64,000 nt of DNA, from positions 5,766,001-5,830,000 of the forward strand of contig CP075495.1 in the NCBI GenBank assembly GCA_021613535.1, written 5' to 3'. The DNA is from Adineta vaga (taxonomy: Eukaryota; Animalia; Rotifera). The notes beneath the pieces are model-generated. The model ran no database searches. It worked only from the letters and a program-made list of their open reading frames with translations, and was not told the DNA's origin. Each line of letters opens with the position of its first letter. Positions within the stretch are counted from its first letter, which is position 1. The position numbers and the translations under genes were made by a program. This document shows positions 53,301-64,000 of the stretch, in pieces.

Positions 53301-56300
53301 AAATGAGATTTTATTATCATCAACTTACCTCTCTGGGTCGAAATGGTTGAATAAAACAATCAAGCATTTTAATTAAACTAAATGTTAAATTACTATCATA
53401 TGTTGGAATAATTTCTTTAACATTCTTTCTAATAAACTTTAATGATGGCTAAAGAAAGGAGAAAAAAAAACAGATGTTATCAGAATGAAACAGGTATACA
53501 TTTGATAAATTACTTCAAGAAAATTGGCAAATAGTTGATTAATTGCTTCATAATGTTTAAAGACTGGATCGGGTAATTTTTTTACCCAACATTCAACAAA
53601 TGGTTGTAAACCAAGAATCGAAGGTTCTAAATAAACCATACCACAACGAGAAACAGTAGCAGGTGATGCTTGAGATAGATCAGCAACTTCGAACATCATT
53701 GTCATTGCCTGAAAAAATTCAAAGAAAATTTATCTTATAAGTTTCAAGATTCGTCTTTATCTCTCTCGATCTCATTACTTCAGTCATTTTAATAATTTCA
53801 CCACTACTTAAACATAATTTTTTGTTATCATCCAATACTGTATTCATATTTTCAATCCATACAGCATCAACAGGACCTAAAATTGTTATAATTTATACAA
53901 TGAATTTTATTCAAAAGAAAAAGTCTCACTTACCATCAAATAAATACCATCGTTTATCATCATTTTCTGCTGCAACACCATGTCGCATCAATGTTGAAAG
54001 TATACCATCCGTCCTAAACAAATGTTTTATTTGTTACTTATAATTTCTAAATTAAGATTTATCATTGAAATTTACCATTCATGAGTTAAATCATCGAATG
54101 CACCATATAATTGACCCATGGTAATCGATTTTGGATTGAGAACATAAGTATGTACAGGTTTGAATGGTGAACCAGCAGGATTGATTTTTCCTTTCATATG
54201 TGTCATAGCAATTTGTAACGATTCATAACTTTTCGTTTTTCCAGAACCTGTTGGACCAACAAGCATCAGACCTACACGAATAGATAAAATCGCATAGTAA
54301 ACGAGTCAATTTAGAAAACGCTCAACATACCATGTCGAACAATTGTTGTTTCGAATAATTGAATGCATTTGAGTAAAAAGCCAGGTACATCTTTAATATT
54401 AAGTTGACGACATGCATGTCGTAAACCTTCTTCAAGTACTTGATAATCAATTGGTTCTTCTCTACAAAAATATACTCGTACAGAGTTGTCTTTTGATATC
54501 AAATAAAGTCTTACTTAATTTTTGGAAATAAATCAGAAACAATACCAGTAAATAATTTTAAATCATCTTGAAGAAATTTCGGAATGTTAACATCACGAAT
54601 AGCTCGAAGACAAATTAAATCCTAAGTTATAAAACAAAAATCTTTTGATTGAAATATAAGTAATGCGATCGATAACGAACTTCATTCATATTTGGATATT
54701 GACGTTTTAAATTACCAGCGGCTGAAATAACAGATTTGACAGCACGCATACCAAAATCGTAATGATCTTGTGAACTCAATTGTTCAGATGACAATTTGAA
54801 GGTTTGTACAATCTTCTTCGATAAAGGTTTTGCCTCCGAAAAACCAAATGAAAATAGAGAATTTTCAGCAATAAGACCATAATCAGGGACCATCATAGCT
54901 AGAAAATAGATATTCATATCTATGCATTCATGTTTTCTTCATTACTTACCAACTGGTCGAAAGAGAGCTTTAAGATTGTCAGGTAATTCAGTACTAAAAA
55001 TGGATGATAGAATCACTTTTAATCAGAGCAAGGTTTACATACCGTCCAGCATAACCTGGATTCATGGTAATGAAAACAGCGCAGGATGATTTGAGAACGA
55101 TTTCTTTTCCTTCGAACATGAAACGTTCAGCCTAGACGAGAAGAAAGAAAAATGGTAATTTTAGAATATAGATTTCAACAAAATTTTCTCAAGATTATAA
55201 TTAGCAAAAAGTATAAAAGAATTTAGAAATCATATTATTAACTCAATCAATATACTCGTATACGAAGAGTTAATTGAATTGTTAATATTTGATTTGCCAC
55301 TACAGATAAGACTTCGATATCAATACGCTATTATATATAACATATCTTCATAGATTGGAATTTTATTTTTTTTCTCTTATACGAACATTAAATTCATCCA
55401 AGCAACACCAACAACCACAACTGATAAATAAGTGTATTAGAATTCGTTGTATTGGTTATTATTTTTTGAATAAAACGAAACAAAAATCATTGAATTACCT
55501 TTTGCATAAGAGCCTGATTAATCACTTGAATTTGTTGAGCGACTACTGAGAGTACTTCAATATCAATTCGATTAAATTCATCGAAGCAAGCCCATGCACC
55601 AGCACTGAAGAAAGAGAGAAAGAGCAGAGAATACTAAATGTTGAGCTAATAGATTTTGAATCAACAAAGAAACCCATCGAAATCAATCTAGCAGAGCCCA
55701 ATTAATCATAAGAACAAGAAATGGAAAGAAGAAATCTAGATTTTGTTTTGTTTATACCCGTAAGTGACATGCACGAAGAATTGTCGATATTTGATTAGCA
55801 ACAACACTCAATACCTCAATATCTATACGATTAAATTCATCAAGACACGCAAATGCACCAGCACTTTACATATTTTGATGATATTTTATTATAAAAACTA
55901 TCCCGACAATCAGTTACTGTACTCACCTTGCCAAACCACAGAAAAATTTAGCCATAGCCTGAAATAAAACATATGATGAATGACATATTCAAAATAAATG
56001 TTGATGATATTACCATGAAATCTAATTGATCAGAACAATTGAACACGACACATTGTACAGCCATAGCTTTAGCTAAATCTTTAGTTGTTTCGGTTTTTCC
56101 TGTACCAGCGGGTCCAGCTATGGAAATATATTCAATCGAAAACGATTTTAACAAAGAAAATCTACGATTTCTTCAAATTTACCTGGTGCACCACCAAATT
56201 TCAAATGTAAAGCACCAGTTAATGTTAAATAACAGCGATCTGTTAATGGTGTAATAACCAATCGTGGTGTATTACCTAAATATTCATAACCATAACGAAA

Positions 56301-59300
56301 TTCTGCATTTACAGCACGAATATATAAATGATCTTCCTTCCAATAATAACGTAACTAGAATGAAAATTTGTACAAAAATTTTCTTTCAATAAAAATTTTA
56401 ATGTTTTGTTTTACTTGTGAAATCCATTCGAAATCATTGACATTCATTACTTTTTCTTCAATTAAATTAATCACTACATCACGTGCATGTACTTCAATAA
56501 CAATCAATGCTTTCAATGTTTCACGTGCATTATCTGTTAATTCACCACGTACTAATTCTCTCAATTCATCTAGTTCATGTAATTGTTGTTTATGATATTT
56601 AACAATTTCTTTTTTTTCTAATGCATCCGAAACTTGTTTAGTCCAAAACGTTTGTGAACCAGCAACAACAACTTGACCAGGCCAATATTGAACCCATTCT
56701 TTACGTGGTCGCTAAAAAGAAGGTAAAAAGATACACTAGATTATTTCGGTTTTTATTCCTCTATTTACTATTGTATAATCTTCTAAAGCATCACGAATAA
56801 TTTGTCGTAAAGATTCACGCATGACTCGTTCAATTTCACACATCCAATCTTCAACATTACCAGTAGGATAGATTTCTTTACGAAAAGCAACTTCTTCTTG
56901 TTCAGCTGAATACATTTTTGATATACGCATATCATCTTCAAATTTAACCTTGAAAGAAAAAGACAATGGCATGATTTATTCGTTCTTTAAAAAATGAAAT
57001 CAATGAATTTACTTTCGTTATATTTTCAAAACATTTTCTTAAATGTGGTTGAACAGCTTTTGGATCTTTTGTTTGTGATAAAATTTGAAGTAATTCATCA
57101 TCGGATAAGAAATAAAAGCGTGGAAATGCCATACGTTTTGTTTCTAAATATTCACTTAAACCTTTTTGAACTTGTTCAAGTAATTTATTTGCTTCACGTA
57201 AATTATCACGTAAACGTGCTTCAGGACACAATGAAATGACTTCAGGATTTTCTTTAGCTTGTTTCATTACTTTACGCCATATACGTTCCATTGTTTGGTA
57301 TCTTTTCGATTCAACAGGTAATTGTCGAATAATATCTTCCGATGAAAAAATCGGTTCAAGGTACTAAACAGACGGAGAAGATCAATTCTTAATGATCATA
57401 TTTTATGATGATTACTCACCAGCCATGAACGTTGACAAGCAAGCCATTCATCTAAAACTTCTTGTGTAATCTTTAATTTATTTTCCCATTGAGCAATACG
57501 TTCTTCAAATGCTTTTTTAAATGGTGAAAATGACATTGATTGTGTAGCAACAATATGATCATCAAGCATTTGAGATATTTCTTCGGATGCTTTGATAATA
57601 TATGTACCCGTTTGTTTATAGGGTAAAACTTCAAATCGAATAGGTTTCCATTCTTGTTCCATTTTATCAAGTTGCTGTTCAATAGAAAATTCTTTTCCAG
57701 CTTTTTCTGCTACTTTAGAGATAACATCGATATGTTTTTGTAAACCCATTTCTATACACTTTGCAAATGTTAATTCTTTTTTTGGTCGAACAGCCATTTT
57801 AACCAATTCAGATAGCTAAAATAAATCAAATTGTCTGAAATATTGAAAACAACAACGAAACAAACCTCTTCCCAATGACGATTACGCATACCAGGTGCAC
57901 GTAATGCTTGAATTAATGGAATGGAAGGTTTAAAATCTTCAATTTGACCTTTAATTGTTAATGCAATCTGTTGAATACCTATTTGAAATGAATACAAAAC
58001 CAAAAATATTAGACAAAATGATCATATATACATTAGGATATACATTAAGACAACATCGTATACAAAACAACAATCATGCAATCTTTACATTCATGCAGAA
58101 CAGAGATATCAGAAGAAAGGTTTTTTTTTATCAATTGTAGATTTTCATTGTACAAAGAGAGATGCATATAGAAAAACCTCGAATATCTGTAATATCAGGG
58201 TCCTGAATTTTAGCGAGTAAAATCAAATTTGCTGAAAATATGAATATATAAGTAATCAATTCATTTTTATTTATCTTACCTTCATTGTCGGCAAAAGTTT
58301 TTATCGATCTATGTGTATTTTTATACCTAGAATAGAATTTCACTCGTATAACTATTCTATTTCAAAGAATAATCACATACATTTCAGTAACATTCTTTTC
58401 AATATCTTCAGCATTGACTGAAGTAATCGGATCGTTCATCCAACTATCATATGAACGAAGCCAATCGGATGTTGTTGACCAAAGTACACGATATGGTTCA
58501 AAATCTTTCACAAGTCGACTTAATTTTTCGTACTAAGAATACAATCAGAGAAATGATGAGAATAATTTCTAATCTGAAAAAAAAAACAAGTACTCACATT
58601 TGTCACAGGTAAACCAAGTAGACGTTCACGATTATTATATGTTTGTGATGCTTCAACACATTCTTTCAATGATTTATTCAATTTACGACATTCATTTGCT
58701 ACTTCATGTGCACGATCCATACTCATATGTCCCGAAAGACCAGCAACAGACATCTATTATAGAAATAAAGTATAAAATTGTTTTAAATTGAATAAATATT
58801 TCAACTCACTATCAATTGATCGATTTTATCATTAAGTGCACCTGTATCTTGAACTTGCAATTTTTTAAATCGTTCTTCATCTTCTTTATGTTGTTCTTCA
58901 ACTTGTTCGAGCATAGTTCGTATTTTCCATGGCCATGATAATAAACCATATCTTAAGAATAGATGAAGAATTACATTTGAGAAACTTGTTTTTATTTTCG
59001 ATTACATACTTCATGCCAAAATCTTCATTGCTTAAATTATAAAAGAATTCATCAAGTACGACATATTCTTCGAGTACTTTTACAATATCATCCTAGAATT
59101 GAGAAAATCAAAATAGTTGAAAATAAAATTTATAAATCATCAAAATTGACTGACGCGTTTATCTTCGACTTGTTCAGGTACTGATTTCATCCATTCACGA
59201 TGTTCGGATAAATCTTCCGCATTATTTGCTTTTTCGTATAATTTTCGTTGAATATCACGAAACGTATCATTTAACTAAAAAATCAATAGATAAGTTCATA

Positions 59301-62300
59301 TCATGAGCAAACGTAGAGGTATATCAGAGAGTCAAGTAATCAAATAAAATCTCTACTTGTTCTTTGGAATTTATATTCATACTTCTTCTGTTCTTGTTCG
59401 TGCTTTTTTCGTTTGACTTGATAGTAAAGCTTCGATTAATGCTTTTCTCTTATTCGATAATGCTTCACGTAGTTTTTGAGCAAATATAAAATACGGACCA
59501 ATAATAATCGATGTTGGTATACTTTTTTCGAGTTTATCTTTTTCATGTATATGAATTAAAATTTCATTTCGATAGTCTTCAATTGATTTTTCTGTTTTTT
59601 CAAAATCTCTATAAATATCAATCAACAAAGGTAATCAAAATCATTTCATTTATACTCTCAACTTACTTAATATAATGATCAATATTTAAATTCATTATTG
59701 GTACATATGATTCATACGCTAAATAATACGAGAAAATAAATCGAATTTTATAATCAATCAAATAAATTTTACCATCAGCATAACCTTTTAATGGAATTAA
59801 TGATGCATAAACTGCTCGTTGTAATGTTTCTCGCCATTCAATGACTTTCTTTTCTTGTAAAGCAACTGATTCTAATCGTAACATTTCACCACCCCAAAAG
59901 ATATTTTCCATCACATCCTATAATAAATTAAATCTCATCAAAATCATCAATTTTTCTTCTGTCAATTACTTTTTCAATTTGTGGTATAGCGTGAGTTTGT
60001 AAGATGGCACGATCGAATGCACCCAAAATAATATTCGGAAAAGTTTCGTAAGTTGTTACATAACGTGGACCAACTTGATCAATAGTTAAATCCAGATGAA
60101 ACAAGGGATTTTTCGGTGGCCTATTGATAACAAGAAAAATCATCAAAGGCAATTTTAAAATAAACGAATACATACTTATATGGACTAGTGATTAAATCAT
60201 CTTTTGGCCATTGAAAACCTTCTTTCATATGTAAAACTGGTGAACAAGCATCGACAATCATTCGAACATAATTTTGACAAGATTCTTGGACAAGAAATCG
60301 AAGAGTATCTTGCATCATAAATTTCACACGTTCAATAAATTTTTTTAATTTTGATACTTTATATATATGATAATCAGATTCATTGATATTATACCTAAAT
60401 AAGAGAGAGAATATGAATTTATTACACGAAGAAATTTGCATAATTTACCATCCACGACCAACATCGATAAATTGTGTTTTAATACCTTGTCGAAGATTAT
60501 TTTTCCATGTATCAGTTAGATACATATGTGTCTAAAAGGATGATTATTTTCTTATAAACAGATAAATGTATGAAATAGAAAGAAACTTACAGTCGATGTT
60601 TGATTAACTTGCATACTTTCAAATTCATCAAGTTTTACATGTTTTGGAAAATTCTTTTGTAATAAACTTAAATTATTGACTACATAATCACATTCTGTTC
60701 GAACGAGTCTTAATGCGTCAATAGCTGATTTGGATGTTAAGAGAGAAATAAACTAATTGCAAAGAAAAATGCGAGATATTTTCATAGAGATATTGAACTT
60801 TTAACAAACTTTAAATTGATCGAAAACTTCATTGAAAGAATAATCAGGAATATTTACACAGCCAGAAGATGGTACAGGTCGACGTTGTTTTGTTGGTAAA
60901 GTAATAAATGCAAATGATACTGGGTCGGATTGTGTTACATTCTCAAATATCATTGAATTCATTGTTCGAGCATAATCTAAATTAACTTCTTCTACGATTG
61001 GTGTCACATATTCGTCTTTACTAAATTAGAAGAGAAAAATAAGCATCGAGAATGAAAAAACAAAATATTTCGAATTTTTCATACATTGTTTTTGAAATAA
61101 CACTTGTTTTAGTTAGCTCAATCATTCGTTTAATACGTTCATCATCGAGTTTACCAATACCATCTGTTGGCATACAATCAATAAATAATGTTGAACGAAG
61201 TTCGGCTTCGGTACGTTTTCGATCATGATAAGCTTTGGCAACTCGATCAGCAAAGATACGTGGATCTTCAGCAAGAAAATGTAATTGAATACGTGGTATC
61301 CAATAACGGCCATGCGTACCATTAGTTGAATAATCATCTTGATGTTGATGACCTAAACAAATCGAAACTAGGAATTTTGAATTCAAGACTTCTATACCAA
61401 CCATTCGTAGCTGAGTTAGCTCCAGATCGTTGACCTCCTTCAATAGCTTCCATTTGTTTACGACTTTTCTTTGCTGGTCGATACATATCGAATACATCAT
61501 GTTCTCGATCATCAGGTATTACAAGCCATAATTTTTTTTCAGCATCATAATCATGTATACTAACATTATGCCAATGAAAACGCAAATTACTATCTTTAAT
61601 ATCAGCTAGAAATTGTTCAATATTTAATTATTATATGAATATGAAAGTTAAAAGAATTGATTACTTACTGATCTGTTCAGCGGGTACATTTGGTAAAAGA
61701 GCAACACCAGGTAATGGTTTATTCAAACCTGTAAATGGATCATGACCTAGAGCAAGCCATGATTTCGGTGTCCAAATTTCAAAATCAATATCATCAAAAT
61801 AATATAGTGGTAAGAAAGGATCAAACGGTGCTGGATCCTGAAAATATTCACGAACAAGATATTTCTTACTAGATATGTTTTGTCAAATTTTTAATATTAC
61901 TTCATCTGGAAGATTCAGTGTGACAATTTTATCAGCAGGTACATATTTGGGCATAAGTTTATTTGTATCAATATGTCGTTCTTCGAGTAATGATGGTAAA
62001 TCAAGTGAAAGATAAAGGCGTTTTCGTCTACAATCAATCAAATCATATTATTATTCGGTTTTAATTAATATTTACCGTTCGATTTCAACCTTTCTTGGCA
62101 ATGTATGTGGTGCCGTATAGAATGGCATAAAAACTTTTGGTTCATATGTTTTTTCCAAATAGACATCACTTCGTTTATATTCAGTAGTAAATTCTCCTTC
62201 TTTACTATTGGCCAATATTTGTGCAATATCAATTCCTTGTAAATCGAATACACTTGCTACAAGTAATACAAATAGAATTTAGACTATTGAATAGTCATTT

Positions 62301-62611
62301 CAAATGAATATACCTCGAGCTGTATTTGACATTCGAAATGTTTCACGTAAAACGTCAGTGTGCAACTGGTGCTTGTCGAGCGATCTAAATTTTCGTTCTG
62401 AATATAAAAATCAATATAATTTCATAAATTTTACTTCAAATCTTGAATCTGGATCAATAGTTGCTAATTCGGAATAATATCCACGTTCTCGAAGATCACG
62501 ATTTTGTCGATGTCGATCAGTTCTATCATCATTTTGATTCGTACTAGCACGTGAAACTGCAGATCGACCAGAATTCTGTCGATTTGCATGATATCCATTC
62601 TCTTGAGGCAT
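41321..62611 (-). CDS. DNAH1: Axonemal inner-arm dynein heavy chain 1, many short introns
   Basis: DNAH1-type N-terminus [18 protein letters not shown] and [21 protein letters not shown]; linker [16 protein letters not shown]; P-loops [32 protein letters not shown]; stalk/MTBD; C-terminal [23 protein letters not shown]...WIKRGVAL. Confidence 0.92.
46057..47382 (+). CDS. Intronless class A peptide GPCR (FMRFamide / sex-peptide / myosuppressin receptor-like), nested antisense in a DNAH1 intron
   Basis: GVVCNILNL (TM1), YLTGLAFAD (TM2), ALTMERY (TM3), NIPRF (TM4), [11 protein letters not shown] (TM5), [11 protein letters not shown] (TM6), [10 protein letters not shown] (TM7). Confidence 0.9.
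   Translation: MSKNPCLLNVNGSIRFDTLHDIEVAGYRYVMLTICIFGVVCNILNLCVLLQRRLKESPYTYLTGLAFADMFTLISISPVSIVRGDYIRHENIFFTLTRLEAQLYMPLANYFGQVSIMITVALTMERYLFTTYPLRTQSFCKPSYARRVIAIIVVFCGILNIPRFLTETVEKKIASGTKFNTSNCITHPFQIKYSSTNLSHIGQCFCVIGQTKESFVPFQNYYYYTMLGINQIIPFAILLFLNLSLITRVQTSNRYTLAELIARQHHNLNSTTPGMSAAAQKRLREEHRLTKTLVAVVVVFLICNTFTIISYPGLVRFLTKNKYPTYFYVGFRIQKLITNIMLLLNYSINFFFYCAFNEKFLSTLKKTFRYDKLFCGLISSQHRTLATMSTATLQSNICQADQCISTYHTHTEQSNRRRKQFANKQEYEKISKDELIINDDL
55256..55863 (-). other. Cluster of three alternative versions of the DNAH1 AAA1 Walker B exon
   Basis: A 55863-55758, B 55604-55499, C 55420-55387 + 55327-55256. Each totals 106 nt with AG/GT boundaries and encodes ...[15 protein letters not shown](N/Q)QI. 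Confidence 0.88.
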
Positions 62612-62731
62612 TACGAAATTTTACACTGTTTCGTACAAAATGTTTTTTTTCTCTGTTTATACCGTTGTTCAGTGCAAAGTATTTCTTTCTCGTCGATTCT
62701 ATACAGACATTACTATTTATATGTAAATTAC

Positions 62732-62745
62732 GTTGTCATAACAAT
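62732..62745 (-). promoter_or_regulatory. Candidate RFX X-box upstream of DNAH1
   Basis: Minus-strand ATTGTT-AT-GACAAC fits RTHNYY-WT-RRNRAC, ~120 bp upstream of the DNAH1 ATG. Confidence 0.55.
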
Positions 62746-62913
62746 AGAAGTCTTTCTTCTTTTTTTCTCTGTTCTCTAAATCATCAAAGATGTCAGTAGT
62801 TTTTCGTGTCGAACAAATCGATGATGTAAAGAGCAACAAGATTAAAGTACTATCAATTGACATATACGTATATATAAAAGATCAAAGTCGTGTATCACTT
62901 CATACAATAAGTA

Positions 62914-63922
62914 ATGAAAATAACGGTGTTCATCCTTCTGTTGATTCTCTTTGATTTGGTTTTATCCGATTCATATTCCACTGAATATTATACTTATGGA
63001 TATCGAAAATCATCGAAAATGTTGCGACGTCATTTAGCGAATACTAATATTATTATTTCCTCACCACATGCTGGTAGTGAAATGCCTGATGATGTACCTG
63101 ATCGTACTATTGGTGGATGTCAACGAAATTCTTCACAGATATGTACATTTCATTATAATGATACATGTACAGATGGAATTCGATGTTCTATTACAACAGT
63201 ACAAGATTTTGGTAGTTTTGATCGATTTGCTGAATGGATAGTAGAAGAATTGTATGAAACATATGATATTATACCCTTTGTTATTATAGGTAATTGGAAT
63301 CGAAAAAAAATTGATTTTAATCGTGATAAAATGGAAGCGACATTTCAACATCCGAAAGCAATTAAAGCATACAATGGTTATCATAATTATATTGAGAAAG
63401 CAATTAGAAGAATTAATAAAAATTTCAATGGTAAAGGTTTATTACTTGATGTTCATCAACATGCACAAGGAAAGTATGTTGCAAAAATATAATTAAATTT
63501 GAAACTGAAAAACAAATTCACTTTTCTTTAGTTATACTATGGTAGGAATACGTTTATCAGCTGATCAATTGAATAGAAATAATTTATCGTTTACTTCAAT
63601 TGAATCATTAATAAAAGATTCTTGTCCAGATGATCGAAATGAATGTATTCGTGGTTCAAAAGCGTTTGGTACTATTCTTGAATCGAATGGATTGGGTATT
63701 TCTTATCCTTCGTTGAACAACCCTAAGCCAAATAATAAAACATTCTATAAAGGTGGTTATATTACAAATTATTATTCTTCAAAAATTAATGTTATTCAAA
63801 CAGAACTTTCGTTTGTTGTACGAAATGAATTCGAACCAAAGCTTTATGTACGAAAATATGTTCAAGCCTTATTACATTTTATGAAAGTTAATCAACTTTT
63901 ACAGGACGATGATTATATCTAA
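62914..63922 (+). CDS. Secreted N-formylglutamate amidohydrolase-like (Zn-hydrolase fold) protein, 316 aa; exons 62914-63473 and 63532-63922
   Basis: Signal peptide MKITVFILLLILFDLVLS; IIISSPHAG, NRKKIDFNRD, YHNYI...GLLLDVHQH, YKGGYIT, IQTELS; one 58-nt GT-AG intron joins the two ORFs in frame. Confidence 0.8.
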
Positions 63923-64000
63923 TGCTTATTTCTATTTTCTCTGTTATATTGAATTGCACCCGTTAAAATTTTTTTCCATATCATTACTTCACCTGGATTT

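Noticed and set aside
1-64000. CRISPR arrays, rRNA/tRNA genes, transposase or reverse transcriptase ORFs
   Set aside because: None recognised. The sequence is intron-rich eukaryotic DNA, and its repeats are coding, microsatellite or non-autonomous.

Overview
AT-rich, gene-dense animal genomic DNA with very short GT-AG introns (mostly ~45-70 nt). Gene style and the LDLa-EGF-7TM family suggest a bdelloid rotifer (inference). The left 5 kb is degenerate: MITE-like inverted repeats, gene relics and an LDLa/EGF-GPCR pseudogene. It is followed by DNAJC11(-), an N-myristoylated EF-hand-like gene(-), a FYCO1-like RUN-FYVE gene(+), EXOC8(-), PLPBP(-), an Id/emc HLH gene(+), MKS1(+), TRAP1(+), a GT31 beta-1,3-glycosyltransferase(-), fibulin(+), a small neuropeptide precursor missed by the ORF track (FYDFG[S/T] repeats), a divergent synaptotagmin(+), an EF-hand protein with a prion-like PPYNQ tail(+), a 21-kb DNAH1 dynein heavy chain(-) with a peptide GPCR nested antisense in one intron, and a secreted N-formylglutamate amidohydrolase-like gene(+). 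The best finds are: (1) three 106-nt mutually exclusive versions of the dynein AAA1 Walker B exon, one itself split by an intron; (2) the neuropeptide precursor; (3) an operon-like PLPBP-EXOC8 junction with an unpaired splice acceptor; (4) the nested GPCR. All gene models were spliced by eye, without database searches.
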